Shown in pieces: positions 28,121 to 38,188 of a stretch of DNA of 64,000 bases (the stretch's first letter is position 1; each line of letters starts with the position of its first letter). This DNA comes from a virus. A model generated the notes under the pieces. It had not been told where the DNA came from. It did no database searches and saw nothing but the letters and a program-made list of their open reading frames with translations. Location of the stretch: IMG/VR virus record IMGVR_UViG_3300045988_088194. One strand, 5' to 3'. A program made the position numbers and the translations under genes.

Positions 28121-30393
28121 TATCTTCTCCTCCTGTTCCTCTTAGTAAGCATTCCACCTCTCTTATTCTTATATCCTACTGTTCCCCTACCATTGGTATA
28201 ATAGTAGAGCAGACTTGGGTTAGAGGCTATCTGATTCATTATGAAGTTCTCTTGTCCAACAGCACCAAGGTTGTCAAAGAAATTAGTAAGGTTCATACTC
28301 TTTGAATTGGCAAGAGCTGTATCTGTTGCCTCCCTCATTCCAGCAGCAGAAGTTATACCTGCAAGTCTCATCCTGTCTCTCATAGATGCTAATTGTGCAT
28401 TTTGTGCAGCAGCCTTCATGGCAGCCTGTGAGTTATACTGGTTAGTTCCTCTATTGAACTGTTCCACTGCCTGTCTCTGCTGCTCATTATACATATCCAT
28501 CTTCATAAGAGTGTCTCCTACAGCATTCTGAGCATTATAGTCTGCTGCAAGAAGTCCAGCCATAACTTGTCCAGGATTACTTCCTGAATTTCTCAGTGCT
28601 GCTCTTGTTGCACCAGCCTGTCCTTGAAGTTTGCTAAGGTAATAATTCCTGTCAAGAGGTTTATAAGTGAGGTAGTTGTTTATAGGTCTGCTACTTACCC
28701 TATCTCTTGAAAGGTTATTTACTACATTAAGTATGAGGTCAGAGTTAGTATAATCTGGTTTCTCAAATACACTTGAGAGTGCTCCAATTGCTGAACCAAC
28801 TATAGGAGCATATCTTGCAAAAGTAGATAATGGTTTTTGTTTTGGGTCTGTATCTGTAGAAGATTTAATAGATTTATGAGGAGTAGGAACTTGTAAGGTT
28901 CCAGCTCTTTCAGCCTCTATTATATCTGGGTTAATTCCAGTTTTAGCATCATCTATTAACTGTTGTTCATGCAGCATTTCATCCACTACATCTGGATTCC
29001 ATCCTTTATACTCAGGGGGATTATTTAAGCCTTCTATATCCCAAGGACCTGCATACTTCCTACCACCAAATGCCATCATCTGTTGGGTTCCTTTCTTTCC
29101 TTTCTTCATTCTCTGCTGTTCCTGTAGAAGTGCAAGCTTCCCAAGTGAATCCTGTAGCCCCCTTTGACTTATAGGGTCATTAGGTCTTTCTGAGGACTCC
29201 TTGCTCATATCTTCTGCTATGAGTGCAAAAGTATATCCCCTATATTTGTTAGGAAGTCTTGACTCCTTAAGTTGCTTATCTGAAGGGTGAAGCCTATTTG
29301 AAAATACATAATCATTGAAAATTACTTCTCCCTCTTCTACAAGATTTGGTTGTCCATCTGGAGCAATCCCCATAGGAACTCCTTCATGTGGATTATCTTC
29401 ATGTGTTCCACCAGCTCCTACCATAGTTACTCCATTGAGAAAGTCTCCTCCATGAGTCTGATAGGCAGGAATGTCTGAATATAGATTACCTCCATCTTCA
29501 AACATATATCCCCCTAATGAGTGCTTCCATTTGCTTGCATTCCTTGCAAAGTTTGCTCTCTTTACCAAGGTAGAACTGTAGTCATCCTTATTGGCTAACA
29601 CATGTCTTGCAAACTCCTGTACTCCCATTCCAGCTCTCTTTGCTGAGGCAGTAAACTTCCCTCTATTACTCTTCTTTATATGAATGGCTCCTCCATCTTT
29701 TGCATAGGCAGCCATCATTGCATTTCTTGCATTATCTTTCATAACACTATCTGCTTGATAATCAAAGGCATCAATAGCTCTATTATTAGCATCTTTTGCT
29801 GCTAAATTGAGCATTTTTGCTTTCTTTCTTGCCTTACTGTTACCTGTGAATATCCCAGCAAGAGCACCGCCAAGACCTACAGCAGCACCTGCTACAGCAC
29901 CCCAAGGACCTCCAACAGAAGCACCAGCAGAAGCACCTGAGCCAATTGCTGATAGAGTGTTCATAGCCATTTCCCCTCCAGATACTCCTCTAATATCCTT
30001 CATAGAGTAGTTATCCTTCTGGAAGTTTATACTATTGTAAGCATCAAGAAGTGAATCACTGTCTGTGGCTTCAGAGAAAGTCTCATCCTTAAGTTCCTGT
30101 ATATTACTTTCTATTCCAGTGGTATCAGCAGTCTGAGCATTTTTCATGGCAGAGTCTACTATGGAAGTAACTCCTCCAACTACAGACCCAACACTATTAA
30201 TAGCACTTCCTACATTAGAGAAGGAACTTTTCAAAGCATCTCCAGATGCCTTATTCCAGCCTAATCCCTTCTCCTTGCCATTATAGTCTAATATACCACC
30301 AAAATCTAATCTTCTTGATAATGGTCTATACCTTATTCCTGTAGAAAGGTCAAGTGTTTTACTATGCCTTCTTTTAATATTATACTTAGCCAT
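28120..30393 (-). CDS. glycine-zipper membrane-active virion protein candidate (757 aa)
   Basis: SGASAGASVGGPWGAVAGAAVGLGGALAGIF glycine-zipper stretch and a basic C-terminus (KRNRRRR). I moved the start from the track's TTG 30441 to ATG 30393 (MAKYNIKRR), 17 nt downstream of a TACATTTG box. Confidence 0.7.
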   Translation of the reverse strand: MAKYNIKRRHSKTLDLSTGIRYRPLSRRLDFGGILDYNGKEKGLGWNKASGDALKSSFSNVGSAINSVGSVVGGVTSIVDSAMKNAQTADTTGIESNIQELKDETFSEATDSDSLLDAYNSINFQKDNYSMKDIRGVSGGEMAMNTLSAIGSGASAGASVGGPWGAVAGAAVGLGGALAGIFTGNSKARKKAKMLNLAAKDANNRAIDAFDYQADSVMKDNARNAMMAAYAKDGGAIHIKKSNRGKFTASAKRAGMGVQEFARHVLANKDDYSSTLVKRANFARNASKWKHSLGGYMFEDGGNLYSDIPAYQTHGGDFLNGVTMVGAGGTHEDNPHEGVPMGIAPDGQPNLVEEGEVIFNDYVFSNRLHPSDKQLKESRLPNKYRGYTFALIAEDMSKESSERPNDPISQRGLQDSLGKLALLQEQQRMKKGKKGTQQMMAFGGRKYAGPWDIEGLNNPPEYKGWNPDVVDEMLHEQQLIDDAKTGINPDIIEAERAGTLQVPTPHKSIKSSTDTDPKQKPLSTFARYAPIVGSAIGALSSVFEKPDYTNSDLILNVVNNLSRDRVSSRPINNYLTYKPLDRNYYLSKLQGQAGATRAALRNSGSNPGQVMAGLLAADYNAQNAVGDTLMKMDMYNEQQRQAVEQFNRGTNQYNSQAAMKAAAQNAQLASMRDRMRLAGITSAAGMREATDTALANSKSMNLTNFFDNLGAVGQENFIMNQIASNPSLLYYYTNGRGTVGYKNKRGGMLTKRNRRRR

Positions 30394-30410
30394 TATATAA
30401 TCATTTGCTG

Positions 30411-30442
30411 CAAATGTAAGAAAAATAATTGACTTAAACAAT
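30411..30442 (-). promoter_or_regulatory. Bacteroidota-type promoter candidate
   Basis: Minus strand reads ATTG-tttaagtcaattatttttct-TACATTTG (20-nt spacer), immediately after a terminator hairpin. Confidence 0.55.
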
Positions 30443-30449
30443 AAGGTAT

Positions 30450-30491
30450 ATAAAATGATAAAAGAGTAGTAAGTAAATTACTTACTACTCT
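30450..30491 (-). terminator. rho-independent terminator after the 1,885-aa tail gene
   Basis: Near-perfect palindrome AGAGTAGTAAGTA..TACTTACTACTCT (30463-30491), followed on the minus strand by TTTTATCATTTTAT. Confidence 0.65.
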
Positions 30492-30496
30492 CTTAA

Positions 30497-33400
30497 CTAT
30501 TCAAAATATCTTACTGCCAAATCATGGAACTCCATTCTTTCATTAGAAAGAGTTGGAGTCTTGGACAGTTTAAGATATATCCAAGGGTTTCTTATTCTGT
30601 TCAATCCATAAGGATTGTCAGGACCTTTCTTATCTCTTGGAATATCCATTCTCCATATTCTGAACTTCCTTCTTACATCAGGATATTTATCCCTTACATT
30701 AAAAGAATATAGAGGAGAAGTAGAGTCACCTATAGAAATCTTGTTTCCCTGATATTCATTCCATACTTCAAGAGTATCAAAGGTATCTCCTGTAAGTTTT
30801 CCCTCACCAGGCATATAAGGATTATAATCTGGGTCACTCATATCAAACATGTCAGCCCTATATTCAAGACAACTGAATGTTTTGTCTCCATAAGGGTCAG
30901 GAGTAATTCTGTATAACATATGATAGCCTTGCAGGTTTCCAAACAGATTATTAAACTCTCCTTCACCCTGTATCCACAATTTATTTACTCCCTTGTTATC
31001 CTCTTTGAATGCTACAAATTTATCCTGAATATTAACCATCATTGGGACTTTTCCATAACTGAAGAATGATGTAAATTGTCCAAGCATTTCATTATAGCAC
31101 AGCACATCCTGTTGTTCCTCTTCATTCCCTCTAAGGAAGTAGACATCATCATTCACCCTATCCCAGTAAGCAACAAAGTTATTGAAGTCCGCAGGATTCC
31201 ATAAATCAGTAGAATTGTTTCTTCCTATCCAATCCTTGAACCCCTTCTCATCAGAGAGAGATTTCACAGTTCCTGTAAACAGACTAAGTGAACTATTGAT
31301 ATTATCTATGAAGTAGATACCATTCTTGGTTTCAACTATAGACCACTTGTTGATACATCCAGCCTTGTCAGTAATATACCTCTTTCCATCAACCTTACCT
31401 GAGTTGGCAATCTCAATAGGTACTCCTTGCTGGGTTCCAATCTGAGTTCTTGAATTAAAGAGTATCTCAGCAATACCCTTATCCTGGAATGCTATAAGTG
31501 AGTTCTGGAACCTTCTTATGGCTCTAAGTGGTCCCTTATCACCATCAAGAGACTCTATTGATGCTAAAGTCAGATTAGTCCAAGTATCAATCTGCTCCCC
31601 TAAAGTCTTAGTTTTGGTCCAAGTGAACTGAGTAGGATACAGAGAATCAGTGCTACTACTATCAATTACAGCAGAAGTATTGAATGAATCTTGTCTGGTG
31701 TATAACTCATTTATACTGTTAAAGGTTTTAGTATTTATAAGAGTATAGTCAGAAGTAAACATATTCTTGTCTGTTTTACCATTCAGATTTATTCTACTTT
31801 CAACCATTCCAGAGAATATTTCAATAATACTGTTCTCCTTATTTTCTGCATAAGGCATAGTCTTCAAGACATCATACCTTTGATAATATGAATCTCCTTC
31901 AACTCCATAGAGAAGGTTAGTCTGTGTAATGTCTGTAACAACTCCACAGTCTACAAAGATATTCTTCTTGAGAGCATCTTCTTCTATACCTCCATATCTG
32001 AAGTCAGAAGTTGAGTAGTCCTGTATATCTCTATACAGTTCTCCAACAAAGATTATTGAAGTATCAAAAGAAGAGATATCTACCTTGCCATCATTCCCAT
32101 AGGTATCAAGAGGTATAGACAAGTTATCTGGAGATACTACTATCTTGTTGAGAAGCACTTCATCAAGAACCATAGCAGGTCTTGAGTAAGTGTATGAAAC
32201 TCCAAGATAGTTCTTCATATATACTACCTCTCCAAGTCCTGTTCTAAGCTTGGTATCAGTCTTAATACTTACTCCCTTGTTTATGTCAGAGACAGTTAAG
32301 GTAGTGGTATTACTCAACTTGAACAAACTTGACTGATTTTCCCTTGAAGGAGAATATCCAGCAAACAGAGGGGAGTAGGTAGATTTAACTCTGAATGAAT
32401 ATGTATCTGCATCTTCCTTAGTTACAGTTATAGACCCTATTATCTGGTCACTCTTTACTTCAGTTCCTCCAGAATCTACATAGGAAAGGTTATAAGTTCC
32501 AGTTTCACTTCCTGGAGTAACAGATACAGTATATCCAGTTATAGCCCCTTCCTCTAGGACTGGGGCAACTGTTATGTTAAATCCTGGAGCTACATTCTTT
32601 TTGTACTCTACTTTCTCCCCTAAATGATATACTGAACTTCCTGATGCTTCTTCTACAAAGCAGATAGCCTTTGTATTTGGGTATTTGTTAGAGTTGTCAT
32701 AATCATTCTTGAAAGACTCATAGGCATTACTACCAGACTTACTGTTCAAATCTATTATATAGATAGTACCAGATTTTATGAGATTATCTGGAGTGTAGTA
32801 TGGATAAGTGTTCATAATAAGAACATCATCCATTTGAAAATCTTCAATATACTCCTTCCAAGGAAGATAGTAATTTGTGAGTTCCAGACTATTTGTTTCT
32901 CCATTTACTGATGGGAGAACTACTATTTCATCTCCAATGTTCTTGAAGGATATGACACAGTTCTTCTTACTCTTTGCAGAAAGGTTTACAGGTGAAGTTG
33001 AGACTCCAATCTTTGCCCAATTGACTGGGTCAGATATGAAGTCAAGACTATGGGTATATCCATTAAGACCTGTGGTATATACAGGATAGTTCTCCTCACT
33101 TGATGAGGACAAGACAAAATCATAGTTATTGTAATATAGTTTTTCTCCTCCTATATTTATAGACACATTATTGGTCAGCTCATCAGCAATGCCTATACTT
33201 TCTATACCATTTTTAGGTTCCCAAGACATCTTCATATAATAATTATACTCATCTGTCTTGTTCAAGTCCAACTCTTTTTTAAATTTGTTTACCCAGCAGA
33301 AGTTAGTATACAGACTATATCTTAGATTTGCAAGTATTTTGTTCTTTAATATATACTTCTCAGTATCTCCTGACTTATACAGTGCCCCTGACTTATGCCA

Positions 33401-36154
33401 AGGATATATTATATATGGGCTTGTTATATCTCTATCTTCAGTTGGATGTTTAGCATCTCCACTGAAGAAAGGAAGAGTAGGTGGCTGTTCTGGATAAGGA
33501 GTAGTGTTCTCCTTACTGAGATTATATGGAATGAAACTACTTTTAGAATCATCCTTGTCAGGGTTCATATAGAAGTTAGTTGTTCCAGCAGTAAGAGGAG
33601 AGTAACCTATAATTCTGAACTTGAAATCCTTAGAAAGAGAATTATAACTTCCAAATTCTATATCAGGGGAGTGGAATGTAATCAATGACTCATCAATGTA
33701 GAATCTATTTCCAAGACTTTGTCCATAGATAAGACCATTGTTTGACAGTATACCGTCAATCTGTACCTTTCCTCTCTGAAGTGGTCCAGTAGTTCTTTTA
33801 TCACAGGCATTTCCCCAAAAGCTATGAGATGCTTCCCAATCTGCTTTAAGGGCCCTCTTCATTTCTTCAGTTGGTGATTGAGGAACATACTGTGCATACT
33901 TAGAATAACCTGCCCAGAGTGTTGGAATAAGGTCTTTAGTATAAGACCTACTAAATTCTTGCCATACTTTAGGAAACCCTGAGGTTGCATAAGCTTCTCT
34001 CCAAGATGAACCAACTTCAAATGTAGCCTCTGGTATCATATGCTCATCATCATTGACATCTGGACTTCCCTCAGAGTTAAAAAATTCAAATCTGACTTTA
34101 GCCTCAGCTCCAGTAACACCAAATAGACCAGCACAGTTGTCCTTGTAAAATGTAAATATGGACCATCTGACCCATACTGGTATAGTACTGGTGTCTATAT
34201 CTTTCTTAGAGAAGTATGGAGGTTTTATATCTTCAGTATCACTCCCCTTGACATTCTGTAACTCTGCCAAAGTGCTCTTGTTTCCAGGTATCTGTGAGAA
34301 GTTAGTATTTGTAATATTATCACTATTCTTAGGTCTAAAGAACCATGATGACATTGCATAAGGGGAGTTGAGAGCTCTCTGTGTTACATTGAACACAGTT
34401 GGGCTTACAAATCCCTGTGCTATAATTGACCTGTCAGATTCTGACATTACAGCCCTCACAAGGATAGCCCTCTTATAAGGAGTGTGTTCAACTATAAAGG
34501 AAGATATTTCAGGAGGTAAAGTACATTTGGCAATAGCCTTATAAGTCCTCACAGAACCTGTTTTAGGATACAAGGTATTTACCTTGTCCCCAATCCAATA
34601 TACTGAACTTCTCCTTCCTGTATTGGTAAGGAACACCAGACCAAATCTGTACTTTTCTCCTCCCTTGAAGAACAGGAACTTATCTGAGCTTAAGTCTAAC
34701 TGTTGGTCCTTATAATAGATTGACCCAAGACTGTTATTCTGAAATACATAATCATCAGATTCTGGATAGACAAATTCTATCATAGAACTCTCACCTGTTG
34801 ATTCCCCTTCTGAATCTTTCTTTATAGTAGCATCTATGAGGTTCTTCAAATCCTCATTGATAGAGTCTGTCTGAAGTTCTATGTTCCCTATGAACAGTGT
34901 ATTGTCCTTTTGGGCAATGGTTCCAGCATGAATCTCAGTACCTCCAATATACAGAAGGGTTGTTGGGTCTATCTGAACATTATATGCTCCAGTGTCTGTA
35001 TATGTAACTTCAGTAGATATTGGCAATGTAGCTACCTTGTTACAAGTTATGGTACTTGAAGTAACAAGTGAATAGATATTTATGTTATTAAATCTACTGT
35101 CCAGGTTCTTCAGGCTAATTTTGAAAGCACATGAAGAAGTTGAATCAGCAGGTGTAGCACTATCCTGACTACTAAGATTGTAGATGAAACTTTTCCCTAT
35201 AATGTTAGTCTCTTGCCCAAAATCATTTGAGTAGGTAAAGTAATACTGTATGGTGCCACTCCCAAATAAGGCAGTGCCAAGGAAAACTTTATCTACCTGT
35301 ATTTCAAGGTCTGAACTAAACTCTGTAACAAAATCAAACTGACTTGGATTATCACTGCTATAGTCAAGTTTCTTTATATTGATAAATCTTGGCTGGTTAA
35401 TTCCATCTACCCAATATACTTTTTGAATAGCTTCTGTTTCATAATTGGCAAGAGTTTCTATTGGATGTTTAGAATCAAATCCCAAGTTTCCATCAAACAA
35501 TGATAAACCTCTCCAATTCTCTTCATCACTATGCTCTATTCTATAAATATGGTCTATTTTTGTATCCTCTTCATGAGTAAATAGAACCATATAATTATTT
35601 AGTACACTATGCCCTATTAAAGTTCCCTTTAAAGTTATTGGAGTTTCAGTTGGAAAATCTTTGCTCTCATATAAAAGGTCATCATCATTATTATCATGAT
35701 AAATAATATTTATAGGATGATAGGTATAATTTTCCAATATATATCCAAAGTCTGCTTTTAAATACTCTACCTCTGAAATAGGATTAATTAAAGGATTCCC
35801 ATCTTTAAATCTCCATTTTCCTGAACTGTAAGTATAAGTCATACTTCCAGTTTCACCTGACTTAAGTTTCCAAAGAAAAGTTAAAGAATGAGTATAATTT
35901 TCAATTTTAGAATCTACCTCTAAATCTCCATCAGCATAATAATCTATTGTATAAGCAGTACTTTTAATAAAAGGTTGCCCCTTAAGCTTTATTTCTTTAT
36001 TACCTCTTTCATTTGTAACAGAAAGAAGGGTATCATGGTCTCTGGCTATTATTCTGACATTAAAGTTCTCATAAGCAAACTCATTATTTGCTTTGCTTAT
36101 TGAGAGGTCCCTTGTCATTCCTTTATTTTGAAATGATGCAATCTTCTGTTCCAT
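30497..36154 (-). CDS. large tail structural protein (1,885 aa; tail hub/muzzle-type candidate)
   Basis: Size and position downstream of adaptor-sized genes. Beta-rich, Asn/Ser/Thr/Tyr-rich composition. The start is coupled to the upstream stop (TAATATG). Confidence 0.7.
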   Translation of the reverse strand: MEQKIASFQNKGMTRDLSISKANNEFAYENFNVRIIARDHDTLLSVTNERGNKEIKLKGQPFIKSTAYTIDYYADGDLEVDSKIENYTHSLTFLWKLKSGETGSMTYTYSSGKWRFKDGNPLINPISEVEYLKADFGYILENYTYHPINIIYHDNNDDDLLYESKDFPTETPITLKGTLIGHSVLNNYMVLFTHEEDTKIDHIYRIEHSDEENWRGLSLFDGNLGFDSKHPIETLANYETEAIQKVYWVDGINQPRFINIKKLDYSSDNPSQFDFVTEFSSDLEIQVDKVFLGTALFGSGTIQYYFTYSNDFGQETNIIGKSFIYNLSSQDSATPADSTSSCAFKISLKNLDSRFNNINIYSLVTSSTITCNKVATLPISTEVTYTDTGAYNVQIDPTTLLYIGGTEIHAGTIAQKDNTLFIGNIELQTDSINEDLKNLIDATIKKDSEGESTGESSMIEFVYPESDDYVFQNNSLGSIYYKDQQLDLSSDKFLFFKGGEKYRFGLVFLTNTGRRSSVYWIGDKVNTLYPKTGSVRTYKAIAKCTLPPEISSFIVEHTPYKRAILVRAVMSESDRSIIAQGFVSPTVFNVTQRALNSPYAMSSWFFRPKNSDNITNTNFSQIPGNKSTLAELQNVKGSDTEDIKPPYFSKKDIDTSTIPVWVRWSIFTFYKDNCAGLFGVTGAEAKVRFEFFNSEGSPDVNDDEHMIPEATFEVGSSWREAYATSGFPKVWQEFSRSYTKDLIPTLWAGYSKYAQYVPQSPTEEMKRALKADWEASHSFWGNACDKRTTGPLQRGKVQIDGILSNNGLIYGQSLGNRFYIDESLITFHSPDIEFGSYNSLSKDFKFRIIGYSPLTAGTTNFYMNPDKDDSKSSFIPYNLSKENTTPYPEQPPTLPFFSGDAKHPTEDRDITSPYIIYPWHKSGALYKSGDTEKYILKNKILANLRYSLYTNFCWVNKFKKELDLNKTDEYNYYMKMSWEPKNGIESIGIADELTNNVSINIGGEKLYYNNYDFVLSSSSEENYPVYTTGLNGYTHSLDFISDPVNWAKIGVSTSPVNLSAKSKKNCVISFKNIGDEIVVLPSVNGETNSLELTNYYLPWKEYIEDFQMDDVLIMNTYPYYTPDNLIKSGTIYIIDLNSKSGSNAYESFKNDYDNSNKYPNTKAICFVEEASGSSVYHLGEKVEYKKNVAPGFNITVAPVLEEGAITGYTVSVTPGSETGTYNLSYVDSGGTEVKSDQIIGSITVTKEDADTYSFRVKSTYSPLFAGYSPSRENQSSLFKLSNTTTLTVSDINKGVSIKTDTKLRTGLGEVVYMKNYLGVSYTYSRPAMVLDEVLLNKIVVSPDNLSIPLDTYGNDGKVDISSFDTSIIFVGELYRDIQDYSTSDFRYGGIEEDALKKNIFVDCGVVTDITQTNLLYGVEGDSYYQRYDVLKTMPYAENKENSIIEIFSGMVESRINLNGKTDKNMFTSDYTLINTKTFNSINELYTRQDSFNTSAVIDSSSTDSLYPTQFTWTKTKTLGEQIDTWTNLTLASIESLDGDKGPLRAIRRFQNSLIAFQDKGIAEILFNSRTQIGTQQGVPIEIANSGKVDGKRYITDKAGCINKWSIVETKNGIYFIDNINSSLSLFTGTVKSLSDEKGFKDWIGRNNSTDLWNPADFNNFVAYWDRVNDDVYFLRGNEEEQQDVLCYNEMLGQFTSFFSYGKVPMMVNIQDKFVAFKEDNKGVNKLWIQGEGEFNNLFGNLQGYHMLYRITPDPYGDKTFSCLEYRADMFDMSDPDYNPYMPGEGKLTGDTFDTLEVWNEYQGNKISIGDSTSPLYSFNVRDKYPDVRRKFRIWRMDIPRDKKGPDNPYGLNRIRNPWIYLKLSKTPTLSNERMEFHDLAVRYFE

Positions 36155-36155
36155 A

Positions 36156-36881
36156 TTATGGCTGTATAGTTAGATACTCCTTTGCTCCATTATTAACAAA
36201 GCCATGCCTATGCTCACTATCTCTTATAAGAAGAGTTCTCCAAGAGTTGAACAGAGACTCAGCCTTATCAAGAGTAAGCCTGTTAAATTCAGTTTCACAG
36301 TCTCCGACTGCCCACGCATATTCCTGCTGGGCATTCTGTAGAATGGCAGGCTGTAGTTTCCCTAAATCAAACAGTATAGTAAACTGCTGTTTCTTGATAT
36401 AGGCTTCAAGGGCTCTAAGGAAGGAAGGATTATCAGGTAATAAAGGATAACCTTCACCATCAGTTGCTATGGCATTATAGGCTATTTCTATATCTGTATC
36501 CTTGGTTGAGGTATATATGACACTTCCTTGAATCTTGTATGTAAGGTCAGTCCCATATCTTCCTACATCAGGTTTCTCCTTGCTCATATGAAATGAGTCA
36601 GTAGAATATCTGTAGGATATATGAGACCTGTGGTTAGGTTCTATGCCATCAACTTTCTTGGCTGTCCTTACCTGTATCATGGATACATAATCACAAGGCA
36701 GCATACATCTGTAATTCTCTACATGAAGTAAAGCAGTCTTCTCTTCAAAGAGAGAAGGAACTCCTACTATTTGAATGAAGTCCAAGGTGTATTCAAGTAT
36801 AGTCTCAAATGGAACATCCCTTAATAAGGGATGCCTCATGACCCTTGAGGCTAAATTTTTAATTGACGTTGTCTTTTCCAT
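36156..36881 (-). CDS. tail/adaptor-associated protein candidate (241 aa)
   Basis: Directly upstream of and coupled to the large tail gene. Start set at MEKTTSIK (36881); it still overlaps the homing-endonuclease ORF end by 23 nt. Confidence 0.6.
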   Translation of the reverse strand: MEKTTSIKNLASRVMRHPLLRDVPFETILEYTLDFIQIVGVPSLFEEKTALLHVENYRCMLPCDYVSMIQVRTAKKVDGIEPNHRSHISYRYSTDSFHMSKEKPDVGRYGTDLTYKIQGSVIYTSTKDTDIEIAYNAIATDGEGYPLLPDNPSFLRALEAYIKKQQFTILFDLGKLQPAILQNAQQEYAWAVGDCETEFNRLTLDKAESLFNSWRTLLIRDSEHRHGFVNNGAKEYLTIQP

Positions 36882-37647
36882 CTTTATATTTCCATATAAA
36901 ACCAAGAGTTTTATTTCTTTTGCCTTTACAGCATTCAGTTATATGAGAGGCAGCACTTTTTCCTTTTCCAAAGTAGTCAGCTGCCTTCATAGCAGAAGGG
37001 AATTCCTGTATAAATTCTCCGTTTAATGTATATTGTTCTACTGCAATCTCATGTGATAATATTGCCTTCTTTACACTCTCTTTAGACCAGGGGGCTGACT
37101 TCCCAAGCTTAGACTCCCTCATCTTTTCAATGGATTCTGGCTTATGCTTTTTACCGTAAAAAGGGTGATTTTCTCCAGCTATTTTATGATTTCCATAGTT
37201 GGGATTACTCTTTCCTTTATATTTTTCTCTAAAGCATTCAGCTAATTTTCTTTTTGTCTCTTCTGACAGGTGTTTCCCCTTATTTGGAGAAGGCTTCCCT
37301 TTTAGAGAGTTGCTCAACTTCTTTCTTGTCTCCTCTGAAGCTTTATATCCGAGCATTCCATCTCCACCATCAGTGATATTATAAGAAATACCTAAACCTT
37401 TATAGTGCCTTATAAGGTCTATCTCCAGAGATTTAGCTACAAGTTCATCTAATTCAGTAAATAGAACTTCATGCTTTATATTATCCCATCCATACTTTAG
37501 TATGGCATTAAAGAAGGCTTTGCATAGTTTATAATTCCTTCCCTTATTCCATCTACATTTTGGACTCTTGGAGGTGATTCCTATGTATACTTTACCTGAA
37601 GGGGATGTATGTCTATATAAACTCCAGCAGTTAGTTGTCTCCTCCAT
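36859..37647 (-). CDS. free-standing GIY-YIG homing endonuclease (I-TevI/Seg-like) with NUMOD-type repeats
   Basis: SGKVYIGITSKSPKCRWNKGRNY (GIY...YIG...R). Repeated G-K-x-x-S-x-E-x-[KR]-x-K-[LM]-S units (EETRKKLSNSLKGK, EETKRKLAECFREK, ESIEKMRESKLGK). Overlaps both neighbouring genes. Confidence 0.85.
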   Translation of the reverse strand: MEETTNCWSLYRHTSPSGKVYIGITSKSPKCRWNKGRNYKLCKAFFNAILKYGWDNIKHEVLFTELDELVAKSLEIDLIRHYKGLGISYNITDGGDGMLGYKASEETRKKLSNSLKGKPSPNKGKHLSEETKRKLAECFREKYKGKSNPNYGNHKIAGENHPFYGKKHKPESIEKMRESKLGKSAPWSKESVKKAILSHEIAVEQYTLNGEFIQEFPSAMKAADYFGKGKSAASHITECCKGKRNKTLGFIWKYKDGKDNVN

Positions 37648-38188
37648 GCCTAATTCTATATAACATAAGGGAATCTATTTCCCCATTCTTTATTTTATGC
37701 TTAAGTCCTTTCTTGATTTCCCTGTTAATATGAAATTGATAGAAAGATTTATTTGGATAGTCCGCCCTATACTTATTATAGAAGACTTTGAATACTTCTT
37801 TAGTTTCCTGTCTTACAAGCCTCTTATCCTTATAAGACTGTTCATCCTCATACCACAGTTTTAGAGTAGCGTCCCAATCTACTGGAAGATTGGTCCTAAG
37901 TTTACCTTCCTTAAACTCTACTGTAGTCTGTCTCTTCCTAAGTTCCAACTTTCCCATCTTCTCAGGCAATACAATCTCTTCTCCTTGTATAATAAGCTGC
38001 CTTAGAATATCATTGGTCTTTCTTATGATACTCAGAAACTTACATTCAGTGAGTACATATTCAGACTCCTTTGGTCTTGTCTTTCTATAGTAGTGGAAGG
38101 CATCTTTCACTCCCCAGGAATTTCTTACTTTATGAACTCTCTTTCCTTTAGCCTTCTTAGCAGAAGACATAAACTCCCTTATATCCAT
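37631..38188 (-). CDS. basic protein (185 aa), possible HU/IHF-like DNA-binding fold
   Basis: LRQLIIQGEEIVLPEKMGKLELRKRQ resembles the HU/IHF arm region (l..G..v.lpg.G.f.v..r). crAss-like virion blocks are reported to include an IHF-like gene (from memory). The fold call is weak. Confidence 0.4.
   Translation of the reverse strand: MDIREFMSSAKKAKGKRVHKVRNSWGVKDAFHYYRKTRPKESEYVLTECKFLSIIRKTNDILRQLIIQGEEIVLPEKMGKLELRKRQTTVEFKEGKLRTNLPVDWDATLKLWYEDEQSYKDKRLVRQETKEVFKVFYNKYRADYPNKSFYQFHINREIKKGLKHKIKNGEIDSLMLYRIRHGGDN

Noticed and set aside
30394-30441. Track start codons at 30441, 47220 and 63994, which are shown as M.
   Set aside because: These are TTG codons. ATG codons slightly downstream (30393, 47205) sit at the expected distance from TAnnTTTG boxes. 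At 63994 the frame simply continues to the window edge.
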